DNA of 64,000 bases, taken from contig JACPLF010000005.1 in the NCBI GenBank assembly GCA_016186645.1, positions 33,257 through 97,256 on the forward strand, read 5' to 3'. This document shows positions 36,971 through 48,209 of the stretch, piece after piece; position 1 is the first letter of the stretch, and every line of letters starts with the position of its first letter. The position numbers and the translations under genes are program-made. This DNA comes from Candidatus Levyibacteriota bacterium. GTDB taxonomy: Bacteria; Patescibacteriota; Microgenomatia; Levybacterales; UBA12049. The notes under the pieces were generated by a model. That model was not told where the DNA came from and ran no database searches. It saw only the letters and a program-made list of their open reading frames with translations.

Positions 36971-38173
36971 TTGTGCTATACTTTTGCTATGGACAAGACT
37001 GAGGAATTATTAACAAGGGGAGTGGCAAACATCATTCCAAACAAAGATGAACTAAGGAAGGTTTTGGTATCCGTAAAGAAATTAAACGTTTATCTGGGGA
37101 TTGATCCCACAGCCACAAAAATTCACCTAGGGCATGCTGCAGTTCTCCGAAAACTTAACGAATTCGCTAAATTAGGGCACAACGTAACTTTTCTAATCGG
37201 CGATTTCACAGCATTAATAGGCGACACCTCTGATAAAGATACTGAACGCCCGGTTTTAACTCCGGAACAAATCCAGGAAAATTTCAAAACCTATAAAAAA
37301 CAAGCAGAAAAAATATTAGATTTTTCAAAAATTAAAGTTCGTCATAACAGTGAATGGTTAAATAAATTAACATCTCGCGAGCTTATAAAGCTTGTGCAGC
37401 AATTTTCGTTTGGCGATTTTGGCTCTAGAGAACTTATTAAGAAACGCCTTGAAGAAGGTAAGAGGGTTGGAATGCACGAAGGTTTATATCCTGCTTTACA
37501 AGGATATGACAGCTATTTTCTTGATACGGATATTCAATTGGGCGGAACAGATCAAACATTTAACATGCAGGCAGGCAGGACATTGTTAAAAAGATGGAAG
37601 AATAAAGATTCTTTTGTTTTAGCAACTGAATTTTTGATGGGAACTGACGGAAGAAAAATGAGCAAAAGTTGGGGAAATGCAATTTGGCTTGACGATAATC
37701 CGCAAGATATGTTCACCAAAGTTATGGCAATTCAAGACAATTTGATTGATTCATATTTTATATTAGGGACTAACAAAGATTTAAAAACAATCGAAGAAAT
37801 TAAATCCGGAAAAAGTCCAATGGATGTAAAAAAAGAATTAGCAAAAATTATTGTTACAGAATTACATAATGAAAAAGATGCGATGTCAGCCAAAGGAAAT
37901 TTTGAACAGACAGTTCAGGGAGAAAAATTACCGGATGATATACCTGTTTTCAAATGGGTAAATTCAAATGCATCTGGTCCTTCAATTGCCCATGCTTTAT
38001 TCGATACGGGCTTAGTGAAAACAATATCTGAAGGGAAAAGAGTAACTGTACAGGGTGGCACTGCAATTAATGATACTATTATTAATAACCCTAATAGCCC
38101 TTATATTCCTAATGAAGGAGATATCTTAAGAGTCGGGAAAAGAAAATTTGTAAAAATAAAGATTATTAGATAA
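36971..38173 (+). CDS. tyrS: Tyrosyl-tRNA synthetase
   Basis: HLGH (HIGH) and KMSKS motifs. C-terminal S4-like domain. Confidence 0.85.
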   Translation: MCYTFAMDKTEELLTRGVANIIPNKDELRKVLVSVKKLNVYLGIDPTATKIHLGHAAVLRKLNEFAKLGHNVTFLIGDFTALIGDTSDKDTERPVLTPEQIQENFKTYKKQAEKILDFSKIKVRHNSEWLNKLTSRELIKLVQQFSFGDFGSRELIKKRLEEGKRVGMHEGLYPALQGYDSYFLDTDIQLGGTDQTFNMQAGRTLLKRWKNKDSFVLATEFLMGTDGRKMSKSWGNAIWLDDNPQDMFTKVMAIQDNLIDSYFILGTNKDLKTIEEIKSGKSPMDVKKELAKIIVTELHNEKDAMSAKGNFEQTVQGEKLPDDIPVFKWVNSNASGPSIAHALFDTGLVKTISEGKRVTVQGGTAINDTIINNPNSPYIPNEGDILRVGKRKFVKIKIIR

Positions 38174-38294
38174 GATATATTTTATGGAAACATTTAGAAA
38201 GCATAAATGGATCGCGAAAATTATAGTAGCAATAGCAGCTTTGGGTCTTATTGCGACCTCTGTCCTTCCGTTCTTATCACTTTAGTTATTTTTT

Positions 38295-40334
38295 ATGAAC
38301 CTTCAGATGCCAGTTGAGAAAGCCGGAAGGATATATAAAATGTATGCACGGCGCCTTGAAAAATTGGGCATAAAAACTTTTGAAGATTTCTTGTATCACA
38401 TCCCAAGCCGCTATGATGATTTTTCTTTAATCTCAAAAATCAACAGAGTCCAGCCCGGCGAAGTGGTTACTATTCAGGGTACTGTTTCTGAAATAAATAA
38501 TGAATTTACAAAAAATTTCAAAAAACTGCAAAGAGCAGAGATTGCAGATGACACCGGCACTATCGAAGTTGTGTGGTTTAATCAGCCTTATCTAACAAAA
38601 GTTATTAACAAAAACGACAAAATTTCTCTATCTGGAACTGTAGATTGGTTTTCAAGAAAATTAGTCATGCAGTCTCCGGAATATGAGATATTAAACGACT
38701 CACCAACAATTCACACCGGAAGATTAGTGCCTGTATATCCTGAAACTCGGGGAATAACATCCAAATGGCTTAGAAGACAGGTATATAAATTGATTAAAGA
38801 AAACCTTCAAACATTTGTCGAATATCTTCCCGATCAAATTATTAACGAGCATTCCCTGATAAAATTTGACGCCGCAATTAAACATATTCACTTCCCGCAA
38901 AATAAAGAATTGGCTGAAAAGTCAAAAAAAAGACTGTCATTTGATGAACTTTTCCTTTTACAGCTCTCTAGCCTGGAGAGAAAATTAAACTGGAATAAAA
39001 CTTTGGTGAGCAATCCATTTTCTGTAGATAAATTTAAAAATGAAACTGAAAATTTTTTAAACAGATTACCATTCAAATTAACAAGCGCTCAAAAAAGAGT
39101 AGTTGAAGAAATATTTAAAGATTTATCGAAATCCAAACCTATGAATAGGCTATTGGAAGGAGATGTCGGATCGGGAAAAACAGTTGTATCAGCAATAGGG
39201 ATGTATTTGGCTTTTTTAAACGGCTTTCAATCTGTTCTTATGGCTCCTACAGAAATTCTGGCTCAGCAGCATTACAAAACAATCTCAAAATTACTAGAAC
39301 CTTTTGGAATTAAAATTGGATTTGCAACCGGAAGTACAAAAACTAAATTAAAAAAATTTGATGTCATGGTCGGAACTCATGCTGTTTTAGAAAAGGGAAT
39401 TAACTTTGAAAAATTAGGACTTGTTGTCATTGACGAACAGCAAAGATTTGGGGTCGAGCAAAGAGCGATAATACGAAGCCGAGGTAAAAACCCTCACCTC
39501 CTTACTATGACAGCAACACCAATCCCCCGAACAATTGCATTAACTTTGTATGGAGATTTGGATCTTTCGATTCTGGATGAAATGCCTATTGGAAGAAAAC
39601 AAATCAAAACCTGGCTTGTGCCCCCGGAAAAACGTCTTAATGCTTATGCATGGATTGAAAAAGAAATTAAAACAACAAAAAGCCAGGTATTTATAGTTTG
39701 CCCTTTTATTGAAGAATCGGAAACTATGCAGACTGTGAAAGCGGCAAACAAAGAATTTGAATATTTGCAAAAAAATGTCTTCAAAAACCCGCCTGCCGGC
39801 GAGGCAAGCCTAAAACTTGGACTTTTGCACGGAAAAATGAAAGCAAAAGAAAAAGAAGAGGTTTTGACTAAGTTTAGGGATGGAAAAATTGATATTTTGG
39901 TTGCAACTCCTGTTGTTGAGGTTGGAATTGACATTCCAAATGCAGCAATTATTGTGATTGAAGCAGCAGAGCGTTTTGGTCTTGCGCAATTACATCAACT
40001 TCGAGGAAGAGTAGGAAGAGGAGATAAACAATCTTATTGCCTATTATTTACAGAGTCAAAGAATCCGCAGACTCTTGAACGATTAAAAGCCATGGAAAAG
40101 CATAATTTTGGCGCAGAATTAGCAGAACTGGATTTAAAGCTTAGAGGACCTGGGGAAATTTATGGAACCATGCAGCATGGCCGAAAATTCCTCAAAATCG
40201 CAAGTTTTTACGATCTGGATTTGATAAAGAGAGTTAGATTGGCTGCTGAAAAAATATTTCCAGACCTAAATAGATATCCTAAGCTTTCAGAAAAATTAAA
40301 AACCATAAATCTCAAAAAAGTCTCTCCCGATTAG
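38295..40334 (+). CDS. recG: ATP-dependent DNA helicase RecG
   Basis: Wedge domain. Helicase motifs GDVGSGKT, DEQQRFG and TATPIPRT. Confidence 0.9.
   Translation: MNLQMPVEKAGRIYKMYARRLEKLGIKTFEDFLYHIPSRYDDFSLISKINRVQPGEVVTIQGTVSEINNEFTKNFKKLQRAEIADDTGTIEVVWFNQPYLTKVINKNDKISLSGTVDWFSRKLVMQSPEYEILNDSPTIHTGRLVPVYPETRGITSKWLRRQVYKLIKENLQTFVEYLPDQIINEHSLIKFDAAIKHIHFPQNKELAEKSKKRLSFDELFLLQLSSLERKLNWNKTLVSNPFSVDKFKNETENFLNRLPFKLTSAQKRVVEEIFKDLSKSKPMNRLLEGDVGSGKTVVSAIGMYLAFLNGFQSVLMAPTEILAQQHYKTISKLLEPFGIKIGFATGSTKTKLKKFDVMVGTHAVLEKGINFEKLGLVVIDEQQRFGVEQRAIIRSRGKNPHLLTMTATPIPRTIALTLYGDLDLSILDEMPIGRKQIKTWLVPPEKRLNAYAWIEKEIKTTKSQVFIVCPFIEESETMQTVKAANKEFEYLQKNVFKNPPAGEASLKLGLLHGKMKAKEKEEVLTKFRDGKIDILVATPVVEVGIDIPNAAIIVIEAAERFGLAQLHQLRGRVGRGDKQSYCLLFTESKNPQTLERLKAMEKHNFGAELAELDLKLRGPGEIYGTMQHGRKFLKIASFYDLDLIKRVRLAAEKIFPDLNRYPKLSEKLKTINLKKVSPD
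39792..39808. repeat. Palindrome CCTGCC-GGCGA-GGCAAG (one mismatch) in frame within recG (read as PAGEAS)
   Basis: Same family. Confidence 0.6.
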
Positions 40335-40359
40335 ATTAAAATCCTGGGGTGCAGATACA

Positions 40360-40379
40360 AATCCACCCTAGGGTGGATT
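40360..40379. terminator. Perfect 20-bp palindrome AATCCACCCTAGGGTGGATT after recG, followed by a T-run; REP-like or terminator
   Basis: Perfect dyad. Core CACCCnnGGGTG resembles the RAYT-flanking hairpin. Confidence 0.35.
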
Positions 40380-40597
40380 AGGATTGTTTTTCAAAATGAA
40401 ATTCTAAGACGTTGTAAAAAAAGAGGTGTTGCAATTTGAGGGAAAAGGCGTAAGATAGACAAGAGGGGGTGAGTAATATCATGGGGTGGAATTATGGGGA
40501 TATGATGGGAGGATTTGGTGTAGTCGGAATTATAGTGCTTATTGATTTAATTCTTTTAGGCGTCTGGCTTTGGAAACAAATAACTAAAAAATAAACA

Positions 40598-41062
40598 ATG
40601 AAAATTTATATTTTTCTTCTTCGTATATCATTGGGGATATTATTTTTTTACGCTGGGCTAACAAAAATATTGAATCCTAACTGGTCCGCCTCTGGTTATC
40701 TAAAAGGTGCACAAACATTCTCTGAATTTTACAATTTTCTTTTGCAGCCTGCTATATTGCCAATTATTAATTTTATAAATACATGGGGATTAACTCTTTT
40801 AGGAGTGTCATTATTATTGGGAGTAGCTGTTCGTTTAAGTTCAAGGCTTGGCGCATTACTTATGCTGCTTTATTATATTCCTATCCTAAAATTTCCGTAT
40901 GCAGGAACCAATTCATTTTTGGTTGATCAACATATAATTTATATTATTTCTTTGCTTTTGTTAGGCTCAGCAAAAGCCGGAAGATTCTGGGGTCTTGAAA
41001 AATGGTGTTCAAGTCTTCCAATTTGCTCCAAATATCCAAAACTTCGTGAACTGTTGGGATAG
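40598..41062 (+). CDS. DoxX family membrane protein
   Basis: 154 aa, 4 TM helices. ISLGILFFYAGLTKI DoxX-like N-terminus. Confidence 0.55.
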   Translation: MKIYIFLLRISLGILFFYAGLTKILNPNWSASGYLKGAQTFSEFYNFLLQPAILPIINFINTWGLTLLGVSLLLGVAVRLSSRLGALLMLLYYIPILKFPYAGTNSFLVDQHIIYIISLLLLGSAKAGRFWGLEKWCSSLPICSKYPKLRELLG

Positions 41063-41213
41063 ATACATAATCCCTCAAGATATTTGGAAATCCTTCATCA
41101 TTTGCTGCCTGATGTTAGAATTGAAAAGGATGTAGTCAGAGAACATATCCGCGACAAAGAGACAAACTTGCATTAATTATTTTTCTTTGTAATAATATCC
41201 CTAGGAGGGGGAT

Positions 41214-41486
41214 ATGGCATACAGACCAAAAGACACACAAGAAAGAATTCTCCATAGGCTAAAGATTGCTCATGGGCATCTCAAAAAAGTTATTCAAATG
41301 GTTGAGGAAGATGTATACTGTATTGATGTACTTCATCAATCTCAAGCTGTACAAAAGGCACTTAGGGAAACCGATAACGTTATGCTTGAAAACCACTTAA
41401 AAACTTGCGCAAGCGATGCTATTGGAAAAGGAAAGAAAAAGGAAGCAATAGGAGAAATTATGCAAGTTTTTAGCAAAATGTCCTAA
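41214..41486 (+). CDS. csoR: CsoR/RcnR family metal-sensing transcriptional repressor
   Basis: RLKIAHGHLKKV...YCIDVLHQSQAV...H...C signature of CsoR. Confidence 0.8.
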   Translation: MAYRPKDTQERILHRLKIAHGHLKKVIQMVEEDVYCIDVLHQSQAVQKALRETDNVMLENHLKTCASDAIGKGKKKEAIGEIMQVFSKMS

Positions 41487-41502
41487 GGGAGGTGAGCTAT
41501 AT

Positions 41503-41916
41503 GTGTCCAAATTGTGGTTAGTAATAAATATGACTGTAGATAAAATCATTGTTGCCTTACTCAGTATAGGAGGTATTATTTTCACTTATTGGTTTTTTTT
41601 GATGAAAAAAGAAGATAAAGCGTTTACTGTCAATAAAAATAGCGTAGACATAACAGTAAAAGGCGGATATTCGCCGGAAACTATTTCTATTCCAAAAGGA
41701 AAAACTACAACGTTTCATTTTATCCGCCGCGACTCAAGTTCGTGTCTTGAAGAAGTTATAATTCCAGATTTTAAAATACGCAAATATTTGCCGATGGACA
41801 AAGAAGTTTCGATTCCAATAACTCCTCAAAAAGAAGGAAAGTACGAAATCTCCTGCGGCATGAATATGTTCCATGGAAAGATTATTGTCAAAGATCCTGA
41901 GCAAGTCGAAGGATAA
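41503..41916 (+). CDS. Membrane-anchored cupredoxin-like protein
   Basis: TM helix followed by a beta-rich domain ending ISCGMNMFHGKIIV (Cys/Met/His ligand pattern). Confidence 0.5.
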   Translation: MSKLWLVINMTVDKIIVALLSIGGIIFTYWFFLMKKEDKAFTVNKNSVDITVKGGYSPETISIPKGKTTTFHFIRRDSSSCLEEVIIPDFKIRKYLPMDKEVSIPITPQKEGKYEISCGMNMFHGKIIVKDPEQVEG

Positions 41917-41922
41917 AATAGT

Positions 41923-42438
41923 ATGACAACAGAAAATAAAATATTTATCGGAATTGGTTTAGTAACAGTTCTTATTATGGGGGTAGGAATATTCTTTCTT
42001 TCAAAACAAGATGAACGATTAAATAAACCCCTTATGGGTCAAGAGGTTAAGGTTGAAAACAGTAACCATGTACCAGAAGGAACATCTATTGAATATGAAT
42101 CAAATCCGCCAGCAGCAGGTTCTCATTATGCTAAAACATCGCATGCAGGAATGTATGATAAAGCACCGGCTGATGGAAATCTTGTTCATAGCCTAGAACA
42201 TGGAGCAGTAATACTTTGGTATAGAGAGAATTTACCAAAAGAAGATATTGAAAAATTGAAAAAAATTTTCAGTCAAACACCTGGAAGATCAATTATGACA
42301 CCACGAAAAAGTTTAGATGTACCAGTTGCAGTATCGTCTTGGGGGAGAGTATTGAGACTGCAGGCAATTGATGAGAAGCAAATTAAAGCATTTTTTGAAA
42401 CAAATCATGATCGAGCGCCTGAGCAAGCCCCAATTTAG
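41923..42438 (+). CDS. Membrane-anchored hypothetical protein (DUF3105-like)
   Basis: N-terminal [14 protein letters not shown] motif. Confidence 0.35.
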   Translation: MTTENKIFIGIGLVTVLIMGVGIFFLSKQDERLNKPLMGQEVKVENSNHVPEGTSIEYESNPPAAGSHYAKTSHAGMYDKAPADGNLVHSLEHGAVILWYRENLPKEDIEKLKKIFSQTPGRSIMTPRKSLDVPVAVSSWGRVLRLQAIDEKQIKAFFETNHDRAPEQAPI

Positions 42439-42443
42439 AACGT

Positions 42444-44729
42444 ATGAACGAAGTAAAGAAAACACTCCCGATAAAAGGCATGCATTGTGCGTCCTGTGTC
42501 AGGACGATTGAAAGATCATTAATAAAAATTAAAGGCATAAGAAATGCTGTTGTAAATTTGGCAACTGAAAAAGCAACGGTAACTTACGATTCTGATATTT
42601 GCTCTGAAGATCAGATTGCATCCGCAGTATCAAATGTCGGATACAAAGTAATTATTGAAGATGAGTCCGCCGACGCGCAAGCTATGGCGGATAAAGAGAA
42701 AATCGAAAAGGCAAAAGAACTGAAAGACCTAAAGAATAAAGTATTGGTAAGTTTGTTTTTAGGATTATTAGTTTTGTGGGGAAGTTTTCCGGGTCTTATG
42801 AATACTGCGCCAGCATTTCTACAAAATTTCTTTGTTCAACTCCTTCTTGCGACACCTGTACAATTTTGGGCTGGGAGTATGTTCTATAAAGCAACAATTC
42901 CTGCTTTAAAACATAGGACTGCCAACATGGATACTCTTGTTGCTTTGGGCACAACTGTTGCTTATGCATATTCTGCATTCGTAACAATATTTCCTCAAAT
43001 TCCTAAATCAATTGGCATTGAGCCAGTTCCATATTTTGATGTTGCAACAATTATTATCGGACTTATTCTCTTAGGCCGCTATCTCGAAGCAAAGGCAAAA
43101 GCCGGAACATCAGAGGCGATTAAAAAATTAATTGGTTTACAGGCAAAAACAGCACGAGTTGTAAAAAACAATAAAGAAGTCGATATTCCAGTTGGCGAGG
43201 TCCAAATTGGTGATATTATCCGAGTACGGCCAGGAGAGAAAATTCCTGTTGATGGCGTAATAGCCGAAGGCGAATCTTCAATTGACGAATCAATGGTTAC
43301 CGGAGAAAGTATTCCTGTTGATAAAATAAAAGGAGATACGGTCATTGGGGCGACGATGAATAAATCGGGAACGTTTATGTTTAAAGCAAGCAAAGTTGGA
43401 CAAGATACAATGTTAGCGCAAATTATAAAGCTTGTTGAAGAAGCGCAAGGCTCAAAAGCTCCAATCCAACGGATTGCAGATATTATTTCCTCCTATTTTG
43501 TTCCAATTGTTATCATGCTTGCATTTATAACTTTTGGAATGTGGTATGTTCTTGGACCGCAGCCGGCATTTCTTTTTGCAATGCTGAATACTGTAGCTGT
43601 TTTAATTATTGCTTGTCCTTGCGCAATGGGACTGGCTACTCCGACAGCTATTATGGTTGGTACAGGCATTGGCGCAGAACACGGAATCTTGATCCGCGAT
43701 GCGGAAAGTTTGGAAACTGCTCACAAAATCAACACGGTTATCTTTGACAAAACAGGAACTCTCACTAATGGAAAACCCGAAGTAACAGATATTGTCCCCT
43801 TAAATAACACAAGGAAAGATGAGATATTACGACTTGCTGCTTCGATAGAAAAGGGATCGGAACATTCCTTGGCAGAAGCGATTATTAAAAAGTCTGAACA
43901 AGAAAAAGTAAAGCTAGATTCTACGACTAAATTCAAAGCAGTTGCAGGACATGGGGTGGAAGGAGTAATTAATAATAAAAAGATTGTATTTGGTAATAAA
44001 AAATTAATGGAAAAAGAAGAGATTAATTTTAGTTCAACAGTTCAAACTGCTGAACTACTAGAAAAAGAGGGAAAGACAGTAATGATGTTAGGAGTAGACG
44101 GTAAATTAGCGGGATTCATTGCAGTTGCAGATACTATTAAAGAGTCTGCAAAAGATGGCATAAAAGCGCTTGAAAAAAAAGGAATAGAAGTTATAATGAT
44201 TACAGGTGATAATCAAAGAACAGCGCAGGCGATTGCAAAACAGGTCGGTATTAAGAAAGTTTTTGCTGAAGTATTACCGCAAGAAAAAGAAAAGATTCTG
44301 AAATCCATTCGGCAAGCTCAGGATCCTGAGTTAACCGAAGGACAAGTTCAGAATGACAACCTAGGAGGAAAAGTTGCTATGGTTGGAGACGGAATTAATG
44401 ATGCGCCTGCATTGGCCGCTTCTGATATTGGTATTGCGATGGGAACGGGAACTGATGTGGCAATTGAAGCAGCAGACATAACGTTACTAAATAAAGACTT
44501 GCGATCTGTAGCATCTGCCATAGAGCTTTCCAAAAAAACCATGAGAACAATAAAGCTAAATCTTTTTTGGGCTTTTGGATATAATATAATTCTCATTCCG
44601 GTTGCTATGGGAATTCTTTATCCATTTTTCAATATTCTTTTAAATCCTATTTTTGCATCTGTTGCAATGGCAACAAGCTCAATTTCAGTTGTAATGAACT
44701 CTTTATTATTAAAAAAAACTAAAATATAA
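42444..44729 (+). CDS. copA: Copper-translocating P1B-type ATPase
   Basis: N-terminal HMA domain GMHCASC. Transmembrane CPC. DKTGTLT and GDGINDAP. Confidence 0.9.
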   Translation: MNEVKKTLPIKGMHCASCVRTIERSLIKIKGIRNAVVNLATEKATVTYDSDICSEDQIASAVSNVGYKVIIEDESADAQAMADKEKIEKAKELKDLKNKVLVSLFLGLLVLWGSFPGLMNTAPAFLQNFFVQLLLATPVQFWAGSMFYKATIPALKHRTANMDTLVALGTTVAYAYSAFVTIFPQIPKSIGIEPVPYFDVATIIIGLILLGRYLEAKAKAGTSEAIKKLIGLQAKTARVVKNNKEVDIPVGEVQIGDIIRVRPGEKIPVDGVIAEGESSIDESMVTGESIPVDKIKGDTVIGATMNKSGTFMFKASKVGQDTMLAQIIKLVEEAQGSKAPIQRIADIISSYFVPIVIMLAFITFGMWYVLGPQPAFLFAMLNTVAVLIIACPCAMGLATPTAIMVGTGIGAEHGILIRDAESLETAHKINTVIFDKTGTLTNGKPEVTDIVPLNNTRKDEILRLAASIEKGSEHSLAEAIIKKSEQEKVKLDSTTKFKAVAGHGVEGVINNKKIVFGNKKLMEKEEINFSSTVQTAELLEKEGKTVMMLGVDGKLAGFIAVADTIKESAKDGIKALEKKGIEVIMITGDNQRTAQAIAKQVGIKKVFAEVLPQEKEKILKSIRQAQDPELTEGQVQNDNLGGKVAMVGDGINDAPALAASDIGIAMGTGTDVAIEAADITLLNKDLRSVASAIELSKKTMRTIKLNLFWAFGYNIILIPVAMGILYPFFNILLNPIFASVAMATSSISVVMNSLLLKKTKI

Positions 44730-44731
44730 TT

Positions 44732-45748
44732 ATGAATTTGTGGGTGGTGTTTATAACCGGATTAACTGTTGGAGGATTGACTTGCCTTGCTGTTCAGGGC
44801 GGGCTTTTGGCTTCAGTTATAGCAGCTAAAGAAGAGGATGAAATTAAAAAAGGAGTTAATCGCAAGAACACAGTTCTTCCAACGCTCGCTTTTCTACTCG
44901 CAAAGCTCATTGCTTATGCAGTATTAGGTTTTATTCTTGGCGCTTTCGGGGGCGCAATCGGCATAAGTCAGGAAGTTCAAATAATAATGCAATTGTTAGC
45001 TGGAATTTATATGGTTGCCGTTGCTTTTGACCTTTTGAATGTGCATCCAATTTTTAGGTACGCGGTTATTCAGCCGCCAAAATTTTTGACAAGGCGGGTC
45101 AGAAATCAATCCAGAAGTAAAGATTTATTCGCACCCGCTTTCTTGGGAGCTATGACTATTTTTATTCCCTGCGGTACGACACTTGCCATGGAAGCTTTGG
45201 CAATTAGTAGTGGTAATGCTTTTGCGGGGGCTGCTATTTTGTCTGTTTTTGTCTTGGGAACAATGCCTTTATTTTTTGGAATAGGAATTATAACAAGTTT
45301 TCTGGGAGACAATTTCAGAGAAAAGTTTTTAAGAATTGCTGCTATAACTGTATTATATCTTGGGTTTTCATCTATAAATGGAGCGCTTGTTGCAGGCGGT
45401 TCACCTATAAGCATACAATCTGTGACAGAAGACGTTTTAATCGCATTTGGTGGCAATAATAGTAAAAAAGAAAATATAGCCATAACTTCCAACCAGCAAA
45501 TTCTTGTTACTTCTTCTGGTTATTCTCCAAATTATATAAAGGTTAAAAAAGGAACTCCCGTAACAATTCAACTTAGAAGTCAAGATGCGTATAGCTGCGC
45601 TTCTGCATTTAGAATTCCATCACTTGGAATAAGCAAAAATCTACAGCCAAATGAAATACAAACCATAACATTTGCTCCAGAAAAAACCGGACAGATTCCA
45701 TTTTCTTGCTCAATGGGAATGTACAGAGGGGTAATTGAAGTTTTATGA
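44732..45748 (+). CDS. Polytopic membrane protein (CcdA/DsbD_2-like) fused to C-terminal cupredoxin-like domain
   Basis: TGLTVGGLTCLAVQGG TM1 motif. C-terminal FSCSMGMYRGVIEV is paralogous to the 41503 protein domain. Confidence 0.5.
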   Translation: MNLWVVFITGLTVGGLTCLAVQGGLLASVIAAKEEDEIKKGVNRKNTVLPTLAFLLAKLIAYAVLGFILGAFGGAIGISQEVQIIMQLLAGIYMVAVAFDLLNVHPIFRYAVIQPPKFLTRRVRNQSRSKDLFAPAFLGAMTIFIPCGTTLAMEALAISSGNAFAGAAILSVFVLGTMPLFFGIGIITSFLGDNFREKFLRIAAITVLYLGFSSINGALVAGGSPISIQSVTEDVLIAFGGNNSKKENIAITSNQQILVTSSGYSPNYIKVKKGTPVTIQLRSQDAYSCASAFRIPSLGISKNLQPNEIQTITFAPEKTGQIPFSCSMGMYRGVIEVL

Positions 45749-45957
45749 TTATTAAGAGAAAATTAAAAATTGAAGGAATGCATTGTACGAGTTGCGCTAT
45801 GAATATTGATTTTGATTTGGAAGACTTAGGAGGAATAAAGTCCGTTAACACCAATTATGCTAAAAGTGAAACCGAAGTGGAATTTGATGAAGAAAAAATA
45901 AGTGTTGAGCAAATTGTTAAATCCATAGAAAACACCGGCTACAAAGCCCAACCATAA
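45745..45957 (+). CDS. copZ: Copper chaperone CopZ (HMA domain)
   Basis: GMHCTSCAMNI metal-binding motif. 70 aa. Confidence 0.8.
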   Translation: MIIKRKLKIEGMHCTSCAMNIDFDLEDLGGIKSVNTNYAKSETEVEFDEEKISVEQIVKSIENTGYKAQP

Positions 45958-46190
45958 GCCTCAAAAAAGTCTCCTAGAACTAAAGCTTTTTATTTGCTTT
46001 TATCCTTGACTTCAAATATAATTATTTCATGCGTTATCCTTGGGTTTGTTTGTCTATCTGTGGAGTGTGGCTTGCGACATTACTAGTAACAGGATTCAAT
46101 ATTGTCGATCCCACAGTTTTGTATATTTATGCCTCTGTTACGGTATTAATTCTTTTCTTCCTGGGCTTTGCCAGAAATTAAGCTTAAATC

Positions 46191-47693
46191 ATGTTTCGAT
46201 TTTTATATATCATCAGTCTCCTGACTAAGTATTTTTTCATCTATTCTTTACTAAGGTTAAACTTATACAAGAAGCCAAAGCAAAAAATCCTTAGAAATTT
46301 TTTTGAAGAAGCAGGAGGATCTTTTATCAAATTCGGTCAGCTTTTAGCCTTGAGAGTCGATGTTTTACCTAAGGAATATGCACTTGAAATGATTGGTCTG
46401 TTTGATAACGTCAAACCTTTCCCCTATGAAGACGTAGAGAGAATTTTTTTGCAGGAATTAGGAGCAACACCGCAAAAGATATTTAAAGATTTCCAAAAAA
46501 TTCCTTTTGCATCAGCTTCTTTTGGCCAAGTTCACGGCGCAAAATTGGAAAATGACCATATAGTTGCGGTGAAGGTTATGCGCCCGGGAATAGAAGAAAA
46601 AGTTCTCGCAGATTTTTTATTGATTGATATTCTTGCATTTTTTGCAGATCTATTTTTCAAAATCGAAGCGCTTCCTTGGATGGAATTTGCCAAAGAATTT
46701 AAAAGGTGGACAAAAATCGAATTAAATTATGAAATAGAAGCGGAAAATATGCGGAGAATGTACAAAAATGCTTCTGTAAATAAGAATATTGTTATTCCAA
46801 AAGTTTACCCTCAAATTTCAACGAAAAAGATTTTGGTTGAAGATTATATTGAAGGCATTCCGTTAAGTAGAGTGTTACTGGGACTTAAAGACGGCAGATT
46901 AACGCCGGAAAAACTTGAAAAAATGGGTATAGACATAAAAAAGGTTCCAAGTGTATTTACACAAGAGTTTCTTAGGGAATTTTTCATGGATGACATATTT
47001 CATGCTGATCCCCATCCCGGTAATATTTTGATCCTGAAAGACAACAAGTTGGCTCTTTTGGACTTTGGAATCATTGGAAAAACCATCACATATAATAAGG
47101 CATCATTTGTAAAATCAATTACAAGCTCTCTTAAAGACAAAGAATTTAGAGACTTACGCGAAACGATATTTCATTTTGCAAATTTTTCCAGCGAAGAATT
47201 AAAAAGTATTATAGGAAGCGCTTTGCCTGCAAATACTTCGCAAAAAAGATTGGAAGAAATTCTCAATTTGCTGTCTGAACATTTCTCTGAAACCGTTTAT
47301 AAGATGAATTCTACTGGCAGAAAAGAACTAGAACTAATGAAAAAAGATTATGCCGTATACTATTTAGAGATTATGAAAGCAGGGCAGAAATACAAAGTTA
47401 AACTTCCTGCAGAATCCGTATTGTTTATTAGAGTATTAAGTATAACAGGATTTTTATCAAAACATCTAAATTATAACTATAAATTAGCCGAGGAAATGAG
47501 AGAGTTTCTTAAAATTCATCCTGAAGAAACGTTATTGGACGAAAATGACTACGCGCCTTTATTTAAAAGAATAAACAGAGAACAAGCCATAGAAAAATTG
47601 AATAATTGGCTGGCATATTTAATCGAGATAGATCCGCCTTTATATAAACTTGTCAAAGAGAAATTTAAGGAATATAATTCAATTGACAGCTAA
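46191..47693 (+). CDS. ABC1/UbiB family atypical kinase
   Basis: ASASFGQVHGAKL, HADPHPGNILI and DFGIIG motifs. Confidence 0.8.
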   Translation: MFRFLYIISLLTKYFFIYSLLRLNLYKKPKQKILRNFFEEAGGSFIKFGQLLALRVDVLPKEYALEMIGLFDNVKPFPYEDVERIFLQELGATPQKIFKDFQKIPFASASFGQVHGAKLENDHIVAVKVMRPGIEEKVLADFLLIDILAFFADLFFKIEALPWMEFAKEFKRWTKIELNYEIEAENMRRMYKNASVNKNIVIPKVYPQISTKKILVEDYIEGIPLSRVLLGLKDGRLTPEKLEKMGIDIKKVPSVFTQEFLREFFMDDIFHADPHPGNILILKDNKLALLDFGIIGKTITYNKASFVKSITSSLKDKEFRDLRETIFHFANFSSEELKSIIGSALPANTSQKRLEEILNLLSEHFSETVYKMNSTGRKELELMKKDYAVYYLEIMKAGQKYKVKLPAESVLFIRVLSITGFLSKHLNYNYKLAEEMREFLKIHPEETLLDENDYAPLFKRINREQAIEKLNNWLAYLIEIDPPLYKLVKEKFKEYNSIDS

Positions 47694-47696
47694 ATT

Positions 47697-47879
47697 ATGG
47701 ATAAGTTTTTAAACTTTTACAGCAAGTATCCGTGGGTGGCAATAGTTATAGTTATTCAGTGGCTGGCAACTGCTTTTGTTATTATTTATTCCGATGTAAA
47801 TGTAACTAATGTGATGGGCACTGCATTTCTTGCAACAGTTATTTTTGCTTATTTTGGCTTCAAAATCCCCAAAGGATAA
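47697..47879 (+). CDS. Small hypothetical membrane protein
   Basis: 60 aa with two TM helices. Confidence 0.3.
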   Translation: MDKFLNFYSKYPWVAIVIVIQWLATAFVIIYSDVNVTNVMGTAFLATVIFAYFGFKIPKG

Positions 47880-47907
47880 AATACGCTTGAGAATACCTCT
47901 GAAAACT

Positions 47908-47916
47908 GGTATAATT
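47908..47916 (+). promoter_or_regulatory. Extended -10 element within conserved AAAACTGGTATAAT upstream of rpmF
   Basis: Same 14-mer occurs upstream of rpsP at 49255-49268. Confidence 0.4.
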
Positions 47917-47940
47917 ATTTGGATTAAGAGCTAAAAAAAT

Positions 47941-48159
47941 ATGCCGCATGAACCGAAAAAAAGACATTCACGGGCAAGACAGGGAAAAAGAAGAGCTTCG
48001 ATCAAACTTGAAGTCCCTGGCTTTACCGTATGTCCAAATTGCAAGGAGATGACTTTACCGCATACTGTTTGTAAAAAATGCGGATTTTATAATGGAAGAC
48101 AAGTTTTGACTATAAAAGCGAAAGAAAAGAATCCCGACGCTTCGGGAAAATCCGCCTAA
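47941..48159 (+). CDS. rpmF: 50S ribosomal protein L32
   Basis: [18 protein letters not shown] zinc ribbon of L32. Confidence 0.85.
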   Translation: MPHEPKKRHSRARQGKRRASIKLEVPGFTVCPNCKEMTLPHTVCKKCGFYNGRQVLTIKAKEKNPDASGKSA

Positions 48160-48209
48160 TTTATGACCCATTCGACTTTGCTCAGGGTCATAGTGAGTGT
48201 AATCGAACT

